From IMG/VR virus record IMGVR_UViG_3300032087_006189: a DNA stretch of 64,000 bases, one strand, 5' to 3'. Position numbers and translations under genes: made by a program. Shown one piece after another: positions 48,642 to 57,834 of the stretch (its first letter is position 1; each line of letters starts with the position of its first letter). The notes beneath the pieces were generated by a model. The model saw only the letters and a program-made list of their open reading frames with translations, did no database searches and was not told where the DNA came from. Source of the DNA: a virus.

Positions 48642-50534
48642 TCAGAACGAGCCGAACTGACCAAGCGGAGCGACCGCGTTGCGCAGGGTGAGGTTGCGGG
48701 TAGCGTAGAAGAACGCACGCGTCGAGGAGGGGTCCGAGTCAGCGCACTGGAAGTCGAACTGAACGACACCGTTGTGGCCAGCAGGAACCTTGAGGAAGAT
48801 CTCAAAGACGCCAGTGGAGACCCGCTTCATCAGGTGCCAGCCGTCGAAGAGGCCGCTGCTGCCGGAAGCCGTAGCTGTGGCAAGGGCGGTGGAGCCGGAG
48901 TCCTCGTAGACGCGGTTGTTGCCGCTGGCGGTGATCTCCGACCCATTCTCGTACACCTTGACAGCGACATGACCGTTGCCGGAGGTGCCGCCAGTCTCAG
49001 TATCGGGCTCCTCAAGCTGGCCGGTGACACCGTCGCGCACCTGAACGGCAATGCGGACGTAGGTGTCCGTGCTGCCAGCGTAGATGAGCTCGGGAGCCGA
49101 GGGGATGAGGCGGGCATTCACGCCAGTCTGCAGGGCATCAACCTTGGCAGCCATTGCAGCGATCTTACCGAAGACGGTGGCATCGCTGGACACGTCAGCG
49201 TTGTCACCAAGCTCGCTGATCAGGGTACCAAGGTCAGAATCCAGGGCGGACAGACCGTGGGTGCCGTGGGTCAGGTTGTCGGCAAGGGCCTTGACTGCGG
49301 CAATGTCTGCAGACACGGACGCTCCGGCAGGAGCACCGAGGCGATCGTAGTTGTCAGTCACGGCAGTCTTGATGGCACCGAGGCCGTCGGTGCCGTTGTC
49401 CAGATCATTCTGAACTCCAGCAACTGCTGACTTGATGGCAGCGAGGCCGTTGGTACCATCTTCGAGGTAGCTGTTGGTCTCGTCGATTACGCCCTTAGCC
49501 GTGGACAGGTCGTCGCCAAGCTTCCGAACCTTTGCGTGCAGCGAGCCAGAGCTGTAGTTGGTGGCAGCCAGATCACTGGCAGCGCCCACGGCGGTGACAA
49601 TGGCATCTACCTCGGTATCAACCTTGGCGTACACATCGGCAACATCGGCACCCAGCTTACGGACCATTGCCATCAGCTTCTTGTCGGTGCCGTAGTCAGC
49701 GGCAGCGCTGTCGCCGAGCGCGCCAAGCATGCCCTCAATGTCATCCACGTTGCCGCTGATGGTATTGAGCTTGCCGTCCATGGTGGACAGGGTGCTATCA
49801 ATAGCGCCAGTATCGGTCACGATACGGTTGTGGATCTCGGCAAGAGCAGCAGAGACGGTAGCGGGGGAGGTGATTCCCGTGTAGCTAGCGGCGCTGATGT
49901 CACCAATTTCTGTCTGCATGTTGCCAAGAGCTGTATCGATGTCGTCCGTCTCAGCTGCGACCTGCTTGATGGCAGCGAAGAGGGATCCGCTCAGAGATGC
50001 AGCATCGGCGTTGGTGCCGATCTTGGTCTTGTTGCTGCCCGCATCGGTGGCAGCGGCCTGAGCCTCGTCAAAGACGATCTTGAGGGCAGCAGCAACGCTT
50101 GCCGGGCTACCTGCGATACCAGCTGCACTGACATCGCCGATCTCGGTCTGGACTTCCTGAATCTCTGCGTACAGGTTGGTGCTGTCGTTGAACAGGCCTC
50201 CGGCACCAGTTGCACCCATTGCGCTCAGGGCATCACCAATGTGGTCCTGGGGGGCGTAGGCCCAGGCCTGAACACGGACAACCTCTTGCCCTGCTGAAAC
50301 CGTGGCGTAGTACATCTTGCCGGCGGTCATGTTGCCGGCGGCAACCTTGAGGGCGTACAGGCCGCCAGCAAGCTCTACGGTGCTGGAGGTGACGGTGCTA
50401 TGGGCGCTGCCGGAGGTAGCGTCGTTTACCTCATAGACATTGGCCGTCAGAGTCAGGCCGGTAGAGGAGAACTGAAGCGGGAAGTAGGCATCTTTCCCGG
50501 AGGGAATAACGCGCTCGAACATCATGGAAGCCAT
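48642..50534 (-). CDS. Segmented coiled-coil fibre protein (fibritin/whisker-like)
   Basis: Central Ala/Asp/Gly-rich heptad segments with internal repeats, globular beta-rich ends, own terminator. Confidence 0.6.
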   Translation of the reverse strand: MASMMFERVIPSGKDAYFPLQFSSTGLTLTANVYEVNDATSGSAHSTVTSSTVELAGGLYALKVAAGNMTAGKMYYATVSAGQEVVRVQAWAYAPQDHIGDALSAMGATGAGGLFNDSTNLYAEIQEVQTEIGDVSAAGIAGSPASVAAALKIVFDEAQAAATDAGSNKTKIGTNADAASLSGSLFAAIKQVAAETDDIDTALGNMQTEIGDISAASYTGITSPATVSAALAEIHNRIVTDTGAIDSTLSTMDGKLNTISGNVDDIEGMLGALGDSAAADYGTDKKLMAMVRKLGADVADVYAKVDTEVDAIVTAVGAASDLAATNYSSGSLHAKVRKLGDDLSTAKGVIDETNSYLEDGTNGLAAIKSAVAGVQNDLDNGTDGLGAIKTAVTDNYDRLGAPAGASVSADIAAVKALADNLTHGTHGLSALDSDLGTLISELGDNADVSSDATVFGKIAAMAAKVDALQTGVNARLIPSAPELIYAGSTDTYVRIAVQVRDGVTGQLEEPDTETGGTSGNGHVAVKVYENGSEITASGNNRVYEDSGSTALATATASGSSGLFDGWHLMKRVSTGVFEIFLKVPAGHNGVVQFDFQCADSDPSSTRAFFYATRNLTLRNAVAPLGQFGSF

Positions 50535-50582
50535 GGTAGAAACCTCGGAGTGTCAGTGAGAGGCGCTGTATCTACGCGGCGC

Positions 50583-50795
50583 TTAGACTTTTCTGATTTG
50601 ATTTTTCAGAGTCTGGTATGTGTTGAAGAACCGGCACTCAGGCGTACTGGGCCAGGTTGACTCCATGCTGTCCAGATCGGAATCTGAGATCTCGAATACC
50701 CAGGATACTCTACGTCCTGATCGCTTTACGGATGCAATCCGGTATCCGTTTGCCACCAGGTATGCGGCAAAGCTCATGTCTTGTGTTTCGTACAT
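50583..50795 (-). CDS. DUF5659-like small phage protein
   Basis: YETQDMSFAAYLVANGY...VSWVFE...FFNTYQTLKNQI. Confidence 0.65.
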   Translation of the reverse strand: MYETQDMSFAAYLVANGYRIASVKRSGRRVSWVFEISDSDLDSMESTWPSTPECRFFNTYQTLKNQIRKV

Positions 50796-51031
50796 TACGT
50801 CAAGGCCGCGGACAGCAGGGGCAGGAACTCGGCAGCAAAGGCCTCGGAGTGCAGTCTTCCCAATTCTATCGTACGGCGTTGGAGTTGTCGAGTGCCGGTC
50901 CTGCCCTCAAGCACTACCAGTAGCAGCTCTTTTTCTCGCAAAAGACGGGCTTCTTCTTTGCGCAAGAGGGCATCGACCTGCGCTCCCAAAGACGCGACCA
51001 TAGAGGCATACGGGCCTGCTGCTTCAGCCAT
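50795..51031 (-). CDS. Hypothetical coiled-coil protein
   Basis: One-base stop/start overlaps on both sides. Confidence 0.55.
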   Translation of the reverse strand: MAEAAGPYASMVASLGAQVDALLRKEEARLLREKELLLVVLEGRTGTRQLQRRTIELGRLHSEAFAAEFLPLLSAALT

Positions 51032-51861
51032 CAGAACGCATCCATGTAGTCTTTGTACTTTTTGGCAATCCGGTTTTTGACCTGAGAAACCTTCGACGGG
51101 CTCCAGCCAAGATTCTTTGCGATCTGACCCATGTTCTCGGTCTTTGGCTTCCCATTCTTGCCAAACAGATATTCGAAGACTGCCTGCTCCTCCAGGGTCA
51201 GGTCATAGGGCAGCATTTCGACGATTTCTCGGTGAACTGAGGAAGTCTCCTCAAATGGATTCACATCGAATCCGCCCTCACCGAGTGTAGGAATCGCAAA
51301 GATGTCGGGGCGCACCTCTTTTGCGAGCCGCTCGACCTTCTTGACGCTGATCTTCATTCGATCTGCGATCTCAATGGAGGTCGGATCTCTATTGAGCTCT
51401 TCGCGCAGGATGTCTTTGGTGCGCTGATACTCGCCGATCTTGTTCGCCTGAGACTCCACGATTCTTGTGAAGTTCTGGTGCTTCTTCACATACCGGTTCA
51501 GGCCACGGAGGTTGTTCGTGACATGAGTGGAAATCACCGCGCCCTTGGCGGGGTCGTACTTGCGCAGAGCCTTCACAGTCAGTGACCGCGCCTCTGCCTC
51601 GACCGTGGGGCGGTACATGCGCGGAGGCGTATGTCGGTTGACCTGAGACGTGATGACCGGATTGAGCGCAGTCAAGAGGGGCTGCAGCTTCTCAGGGTCC
51701 TCATTGGAAGTCTTCCACTGGCGCCACAGATCGATCTCCTTGGCCGCCTTGCCCGTGTACGGGCGAAACTTGCCAGTCTTGTAGTCCTTGGTCCCCCAGG
51801 TTTTCGGAAACTGGTAGGGGTCCTTGGCTGCAATTTTGAGGAGTCGATCCTTGACGGCCAT
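51031..51861 (-). CDS. Sigma70-family sigma factor, group 3 (FliA/SigF-like)
   Basis: Region 2 KALRKYDPAKGAVISTHV; region 3 EELNRDPTSIEIADRMKISVKKV; region 4 LTLEEQAVF...MGQIAKNLGWSPSKVSQVKNRIAKK. Confidence 0.88.
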   Translation of the reverse strand: MAVKDRLLKIAAKDPYQFPKTWGTKDYKTGKFRPYTGKAAKEIDLWRQWKTSNEDPEKLQPLLTALNPVITSQVNRHTPPRMYRPTVEAEARSLTVKALRKYDPAKGAVISTHVTNNLRGLNRYVKKHQNFTRIVESQANKIGEYQRTKDILREELNRDPTSIEIADRMKISVKKVERLAKEVRPDIFAIPTLGEGGFDVNPFEETSSVHREIVEMLPYDLTLEEQAVFEYLFGKNGKPKTENMGQIAKNLGWSPSKVSQVKNRIAKKYKDYMDAF

Positions 51862-51863
51862 GG

Positions 51864-52109
51864 CTACTTCTTCTGCGCGCGGTCCACGAGCTTGCCAGCC
51901 TCTCGAGCAGACATGCCCAGTCGGACATTGCGGCCGTAGTGCTCTTTGTTCGTGTAGAGGCTGCTGAGCTGCTTGTATGCACGCTCACCAAGAACATCCC
52001 GACTCTTGAACAGTTCATCGAGGAGCTGATTCGTGTGTCGAACATTGAGTTTTTCGGCACCCTCAGAGAGCTGGCCATCTACACTGCGCTGAAAGAGCTC
52101 GGACATCAC
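51864..52109 (-). CDS. Hypothetical protein
   Basis: In-operon, 81 aa. Confidence 0.6.
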   Translation of the reverse strand: MMSELFQRSVDGQLSEGAEKLNVRHTNQLLDELFKSRDVLGERAYKQLSSLYTNKEHYGRNVRLGMSAREAGKLVDRAQKK

Positions 52110-52345
52110 ATTCCCTCGTTTTTGCGGAATCTGCTCATAAACCCGGTCTGCTTGAGCAGCTGCTTTTGCTGGTACTCACGCTGACGGCGTGCCACCTTAC
52201 CCTCCCGGGCATCTTGCAGCAGGTCTTTACCGAGAGCACCAGCAGCAAGTCCGCCAGCCCCGATAAGCACTCCTTGCCCACGAGTAAGGGCAGCAATCTT
52301 GTGCATTTCGTCAAAGCAGGCAGCAAGCATCGCCGAGTGGATCAT
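52106..52345 (-). CDS. Small putative internal virion protein
   Basis: GAGG RBS; ACFDEMHKIAA followed by a Gly/Ala hydrophobic stretch, similar to the N-terminus of 4018..5076. Confidence 0.6.
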   Translation of the reverse strand: MIHSAMLAACFDEMHKIAALTRGQGVLIGAGGLAAGALGKDLLQDAREGKVARRQREYQQKQLLKQTGFMSRFRKNEGM

Positions 52346-52346
52346 A

Positions 52347-55300
52347 TCAACCTCGTTTTCCGATTCCGGAGGCTCCGGACAGAGCGACGGAACCCTGGAT
52401 TCGCCTCTTGTATAACTCTACACGATCGGCTCGTTCAAGTCTCGGATCCATCCTATCACCTTCTCCGCCATTCAGGTTGAATGTGGGAGTTCCAGATGAA
52501 GTGAGGCTACTGGACAGATCTATGTCTTTTAGATCAAGGTACTCGAGCTTTCCACCATACTCCGCAGACGAAGAGAAACATACGGCATTCGAGTGGTATC
52601 CACCGTAGTATTTTGGAGCGTCCCCGACAGGGGCCGGAGCAGCAGAGAATGACCTAGTCGTAGTGTCGTAGAAATAGGATTTCGAAGCCAAAACCTCGAG
52701 CTGATTTGCGATCGGCCTTCGAGTGAAGTCGTAGATGTAAGACAGCGTATCCTCAGTGATGCCGCCAGTTACTTGCGCTGCAGATTTCTTGGCGTATCGC
52801 AAAGCCACGACATCTACTGCCTCTTCGACGCTTCGCACGGAATATCTCGTATTGGTCACGAGGTCTGTGATCGCCGCCGTCCCAAAAAACGGACCATAAA
52901 TCTTCCCGGTAATGTTGTTTGCGCTGTAATCATCGGAGATCCAGATCGGCCGAATTGCCTCCTCTACCGGAAGCAGGGCCGATCTTCTTGATCTCTCTGA
53001 AATTACACCAACAAACCGATCTCCCGGAAGAACAGCTGGGATGACCAGGTCGTTGCCCACCATGTAGCCTACAAGGTCCATATAGTCGGCGAACTCAAAC
53101 TCCATGCCCGGCTCGGGAAAGTACTTCTTGATCTGAATCTCAACATCGCCTACATCACCAAGAAGCGTAAAGAAGGCAGGACTCCTAAAGTCTTTTACGA
53201 TGATCAAGACTTCTGAATTTCCGTTTTCCCACGTACCCGATGTGACGGTGCCACCCTGATATTCGACCTCTGGCAGGGTCAGCTCTTTCCGCGCTTCTTG
53301 GTCAACTGCTCGATCACCCAAGTCTCCTGTAAGTACCGATGCAGAGAGCGAGGGCTGAGGATCGGATGTAACTGTGAGCCCGTAAATCAGATCTGAGAAT
53401 GACTGAAAGCCCAAGGTAGCCGCCACGGCGTACCAAAAAAAGGCTTGATCTCCCGTCGCAGTACTGGCGATGTTTGAAGTAATTCCTCCGCCAATAGACA
53501 GGTCAGCATTTCCAGAGGCTTCTACTCTGGTAATAACTGCATCTTGAATTGTCAGGGTGCCGTCACTGCCAATCAGCTCAGAAAATATATCATCCGACTG
53601 GTCTCCAGTACGGTGTGAGCGCACCTGAGACAGACGCACCTGAGTCTGTGCTCCGCCCTGACTGATTGAGTGAGTGACAGACTGAACCATGCCTAGCTTG
53701 AATGATCTCGGAGAAGATGTAGGAGACGAAAGCGCATCCTCCATCGCAATCTCTGAAGATGTCATTGTCGAGTCGATGACCAGAGCGGGGAACCCGGGAA
53801 TGATGTGGGGGCTGATGCTCAGGCTTAGGGATGCGGATCTAGCTGCGTATCGACTCGTAAGAAGACGAAAATGCGCAACCTTTGAGGCATAGGTACCGAA
53901 AGTTTCTCTATCTTCGACTGTAGATGCGTCGGTAACAGGATTCTTGAGGCCGAAGTAGATGGCGTCAGTCATGCGCTCGAACTTCGGGACGATGCCACTG
54001 AATTTCTCGTGGTCGAAGATCAGATTGGATGTGGCCCGCTCCCCCAGTGCGGAAGCAAGGCTGGCCCCAGTCAGCTCCGGCGCAAAGAAGTACCGGTTCA
54101 GGATCGCGCTATCTGATGTCGCAAACTCGAATCCCACATCGAGTTGAAGACGGGAAGCTTCCCGGATCAATTCTCGGCTTGTAGAAAACGACTGGATCAT
54201 GTCAGGGAAGATGACATTGCTCTTTGGCGGCGGACAAAACCACACGTCTGGACGAACGATGTGCGTGTAGAGGGCTTCCCGACTCCCAGATACGCCTGTG
54301 CCTATGATCTCTGAGGCCTTGGTGGTTGTGACGTTGTTCTTTCCGACACCAAAGTCTTTAATTTGGACATGCACCGGGTCCCACCCTAGCCCCATGACTT
54401 CGACAAGCAGCGGGCACGTCGTGCCCCCAAAGAGCTTTTCTTTCCCCGCCCCGAGGTATGCGAGGTTGTGGGCTGCAGCCAACGTCTCTGCTTGTTGGTA
54501 GAAAAGGACATAGTCCTTGGCAATTTGAATGTCCAAGTCGAAGCGAGTCAGGCCGCCCGGGTACTTGTCGCCAGTCAGATGAAAGCGGACTTGGGTTTCA
54601 AAAGCTGCGAGATTGAGGGTAGAAGGATCTACGCGCGTAGTTGTCGCCAACGTGAAAAGGGCTCGGCGCAGGTTTTTGTACCAAGTACCGGTGGTGGTCG
54701 CGTCCTTAATGGGCGTGCCTGGCTTATGAAACTCATAGGGTAGGCCTACGCCCCACTTGGAGGGGTTTCCCTTTGACTCTGTGTCGTCCTTGTAGGAAAA
54801 CACGAAGTCCATCGCAAGCCCCCACTCATGGGCGATTGCCTTGTCATCGGTGCCGGGCTCTCTAAACGCGCTCGACAGATGGACAGTCGCCGGAGAGCTC
54901 AGACCCGTTGCTGCAAATGAGTTGAGGGCCGTGAGGAACGGAATGAGCTGCTCATGGAACTCCGCTTGAATGAAGAACTCTACTTTATCGCTGATCAAGA
55001 ACTCATCGTATTGAGCCCGTTGTTCCTCTGTAAGCTCCCCAATGAGCTGCTTTAGTGACGAAAACTTCGGGATGTCCCGATTCGGCTTACCGGGGCTGTC
55101 TGTGCTGTTGCCGGGGAGGTATCGGGCGCAGGGATTCGGCACCATCTCGTAGAACACATATTCAAACACGATCGAGGTGAGTTGGCGGAAGCTCATGACC
55201 TGGCCTCTGTCAGCCAGCCTCTTTGTCAGCCACTCTGAAAACTGCTTGACCTGAAACACCTGTGAAGCGGTCTCTCCAGAGTCCCCAACAACCGATTCCA

Positions 55301-55931
55301 AAAAGCGGACTCGGCGCTCCTGAACAGACACAAACTGATTCAACCCGTATGAGAGCCCTTGAACCCCGCACAGAATCTCAAGTACCGCAAGCAGTCCTCC
55401 CAGAAGGGTCTGCTTACCTGAGTGCTGTGGCATAGATGGGCTTTTGGTAAGAGCTCTGCGGATTACCTCTTCTGGGTTGTTGGTGATGTTGTCAAACAGC
55501 AGGTTCTGCGCGCCTAAGAAAATAGATGTATCTCGGACAATGGTGTTGCTTTCAGTGTCCTGGCCCCCGATTCGTGCCTGGTAGAGGTAGTTCGTATCGA
55601 GGACATTTGAGAAGTCGAGGCATGTCAAAGTGGCGCTTCTGGAGCCCATTCCTGCCTTGTTGCTCGATACCCCGAACAGCTCTCCGCAAAACAGCAGCTT
55701 GTAGTGGGTGTCCAGTGGGGCCTCTCTCCCACTTCTCCGGAATGCCATGTGGTCCAAGTAGAACAAGTGGACCACTGTGCGCGGGAGAAGTAGGTCCAGA
55801 GAGTCATCCGGCACGATCTCAATGGTTGCTGATGCAGGAGATCCGATCGTCGCCGTCACCGATGCTCCGATCACGGGTACTTGGATCCCCTCAAGAAACA
55901 GCCTGAGATCAAGATAGAAGCCCTGGTTCAC
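52347..55931 (-). CDS. Baseplate hub-like protein with inserted M15-type Zn peptidase domain
   Basis: Hub-like N-terminus (LFLEGIQVPV...ASATIEI...LLFCGE...TLTCLD) and PHIIPGFP...VQSVTHSI; SSAFR...AHEWGLAMD...DPVHVQ. Confidence 0.72.
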   Translation of the reverse strand: MNQGFYLDLRLFLEGIQVPVIGASVTATIGSPASATIEIVPDDSLDLLLPRTVVHLFYLDHMAFRRSGREAPLDTHYKLLFCGELFGVSSNKAGMGSRSATLTCLDFSNVLDTNYLYQARIGGQDTESNTIVRDTSIFLGAQNLLFDNITNNPEEVIRRALTKSPSMPQHSGKQTLLGGLLAVLEILCGVQGLSYGLNQFVSVQERRVRFLESVVGDSGETASQVFQVKQFSEWLTKRLADRGQVMSFRQLTSIVFEYVFYEMVPNPCARYLPGNSTDSPGKPNRDIPKFSSLKQLIGELTEEQRAQYDEFLISDKVEFFIQAEFHEQLIPFLTALNSFAATGLSSPATVHLSSAFREPGTDDKAIAHEWGLAMDFVFSYKDDTESKGNPSKWGVGLPYEFHKPGTPIKDATTTGTWYKNLRRALFTLATTTRVDPSTLNLAAFETQVRFHLTGDKYPGGLTRFDLDIQIAKDYVLFYQQAETLAAAHNLAYLGAGKEKLFGGTTCPLLVEVMGLGWDPVHVQIKDFGVGKNNVTTTKASEIIGTGVSGSREALYTHIVRPDVWFCPPPKSNVIFPDMIQSFSTSRELIREASRLQLDVGFEFATSDSAILNRYFFAPELTGASLASALGERATSNLIFDHEKFSGIVPKFERMTDAIYFGLKNPVTDASTVEDRETFGTYASKVAHFRLLTSRYAARSASLSLSISPHIIPGFPALVIDSTMTSSEIAMEDALSSPTSSPRSFKLGMVQSVTHSISQGGAQTQVRLSQVRSHRTGDQSDDIFSELIGSDGTLTIQDAVITRVEASGNADLSIGGGITSNIASTATGDQAFFWYAVAATLGFQSFSDLIYGLTVTSDPQPSLSASVLTGDLGDRAVDQEARKELTLPEVEYQGGTVTSGTWENGNSEVLIIVKDFRSPAFFTLLGDVGDVEIQIKKYFPEPGMEFEFADYMDLVGYMVGNDLVIPAVLPGDRFVGVISERSRRSALLPVEEAIRPIWISDDYSANNITGKIYGPFFGTAAITDLVTNTRYSVRSVEEAVDVVALRYAKKSAAQVTGGITEDTLSYIYDFTRRPIANQLEVLASKSYFYDTTTRSFSAAPAPVGDAPKYYGGYHSNAVCFSSSAEYGGKLEYLDLKDIDLSSSLTSSGTPTFNLNGGEGDRMDPRLERADRVELYKRRIQGSVALSGASGIGKRG

Positions 55932-57592
55932 AAGATCACCGACATGATTGTTTCAGCAGTACTTGGCTGAATGACTCCAGTTTCTCCGCGGATAACTGCA
56001 CCACGCGCATCTTGCACCAGCCGTCGCTGCTCTGCTGTGCGCTGAGCCTCTGCGATACTTGACTGCATCGCGGCGGTCTGGGCCTTGCTGAGGTTGCCGG
56101 TATTCGGGTTTGTGATGCTCTCTTGAAGCTCTCGACGGTTGTTGACAATGCTGTTTCCGATAGCGAGCGTTGCGATTGCATACGCCCCGCGGCCAACAAG
56201 CCGGAGTGCATCAGAGATAATGGCCTGAGTACGCAAAGTTTGCTGGTACGCAACTGCCTGCGTCTCGAGGGCACTCCGGGAAGTACCAGGGACCGACCCA
56301 GGAAACGGTGCAACCTTGATTCCGAAGGCAGCAAACGCTGCTACTGCTTGTGTGGAGTACAACAGCCGCTCGGGCACATCTCTGTAGAATCTTGCCGTTG
56401 CCTCTGCCTCAGCTGCGTCCGTTACAAATGTGCCATCAACCGGGTAGTTGACATACTCGTCGAAGTTCTGGAAATAATACCGAGAAGTCTCTCTCTGAAA
56501 CTTGAGCAGCGCGTCCGTAAGCAGCTCCCCATCGGTGTTGGTGCGCAATACGACCGTTTTCACCGCGCTCGGAGTATCTGAGAATGCGAGGGTTGGGGCG
56601 CCGAAGAAGTTCGTAAGCGTCTTGTTTCCAAGAGCATCTACATCAGATCCTTCTGCAAATAGCGAGTTTCTCGGAGGCCCACCGGATCCCACAAAGCTCA
56701 ATGGAACGACCATGTTGCGGCCGTACAGGAAGTTTCGGGCCTTCCTGATCACATTGTCGAGAGCTGCGTCAATTGAGTTCAGGGCTCCCATGAGCTTGCC
56801 GAGGGTACCGGGCTCTGACCCCAGAGGAGACAACTTGATGTTTGTCCTCCGTACCGCGGCGGTCGTGCTCTCGTCCAAACGCAGCTGATCGTCTGGGCTG
56901 GCAAGCGCACCTACTCCGAGAAGATCTCCAGAAGCATTCGGATCTCGACGCGGAGCCTCCGGATTGAGCTCTCCCCGAGAAACGCTTTCGACAAACATCG
57001 AGAAGTTGAGCTGGATGACATACGGATCTTGGCTTGAAGCGATGGTTGTGCAGTTGGTGATGTACCCGGAAACAATAGTCTCGTCCCTACCGCTGCCATA
57101 GCGCAGCTGGGCTTTTGTATTTGAGCTGGTAAGCGATGTTCCTCGAAGACGACCTTCGTAGTTCATCCACCACTCTTTGTGCCACTCGAAGTCCGCCGTG
57201 TTGGGGAGGATGGCGGTGCAGTTGATCAACCTCGGCTGCTCTCCGAAGAAGAAGCCGTAGGTCGCCCCGAATGTAGTGATGAACTGCGACTTCTCGTTTC
57301 GCGTCTCCGTGATGTTCTGCAGCAAAAAGTTGTGCGTGTAGTAGGTCGTCTGGGCAGGAGGGGCACTCGTATTGTAAAGAGCCCGCCCTTCTGGCTTGGA
57401 AGAGCCTCCAGCGCCTACGATCGTAATAGAAGCATGAGTGTCTGTCGGGACAACGATGCCTCGCATCGGGCGGCGGATGAACTGCTCCTCGTTCATAGAT
57501 CCAATACTCGTGGATACCGAGTCGGACTGCCCGTTTCCTCTCAAGACCAGATCGGCAGTGAGCAGTGTTTGGAAGACAGCGGGATCGGACAT
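55928..57592 (-). CDS. Tail/baseplate protein (possible tube-initiator-like N-domain)
   Basis: Lies between the tape-measure-like gene and the hub; beta-rich N-domain FLLQNITETRNEKSQFITTFG...FFGEQPR. Confidence 0.5.
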   Translation of the reverse strand: MSDPAVFQTLLTADLVLRGNGQSDSVSTSIGSMNEEQFIRRPMRGIVVPTDTHASITIVGAGGSSKPEGRALYNTSAPPAQTTYYTHNFLLQNITETRNEKSQFITTFGATYGFFFGEQPRLINCTAILPNTADFEWHKEWWMNYEGRLRGTSLTSSNTKAQLRYGSGRDETIVSGYITNCTTIASSQDPYVIQLNFSMFVESVSRGELNPEAPRRDPNASGDLLGVGALASPDDQLRLDESTTAAVRRTNIKLSPLGSEPGTLGKLMGALNSIDAALDNVIRKARNFLYGRNMVVPLSFVGSGGPPRNSLFAEGSDVDALGNKTLTNFFGAPTLAFSDTPSAVKTVVLRTNTDGELLTDALLKFQRETSRYYFQNFDEYVNYPVDGTFVTDAAEAEATARFYRDVPERLLYSTQAVAAFAAFGIKVAPFPGSVPGTSRSALETQAVAYQQTLRTQAIISDALRLVGRGAYAIATLAIGNSIVNNRRELQESITNPNTGNLSKAQTAAMQSSIAEAQRTAEQRRLVQDARGAVIRGETGVIQPSTAETIMSVIL

Positions 57593-57834
57593 CAGCGCAC
57601 CACCGGAACTCGAGTACGAATCAGGCTACTGACCAGATCGTAATCCATGAGGGACTCGTACTCTCGCCCAAGTACGATCTCGCCAATCATCCGATCTACA
57701 GCCTGCTGCGCAATATCGTCGATGACTGGGTACTCCGTGATCCGCACTTCGCGGGTAAGCCCGTCCTCGTCAACGTACTGGAAGATCTCTTCCTTACGCT
57801 CATCAGAGATGCGTTCTACGATTTGCGAGCTCAT
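57592..57834 (-). CDS. Hypothetical protein
   Basis: TGATG-coupled on both sides. Confidence 0.6.
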   Translation of the reverse strand: MSSQIVERISDERKEEIFQYVDEDGLTREVRITEYPVIDDIAQQAVDRMIGEIVLGREYESLMDYDLVSSLIRTRVPVVR

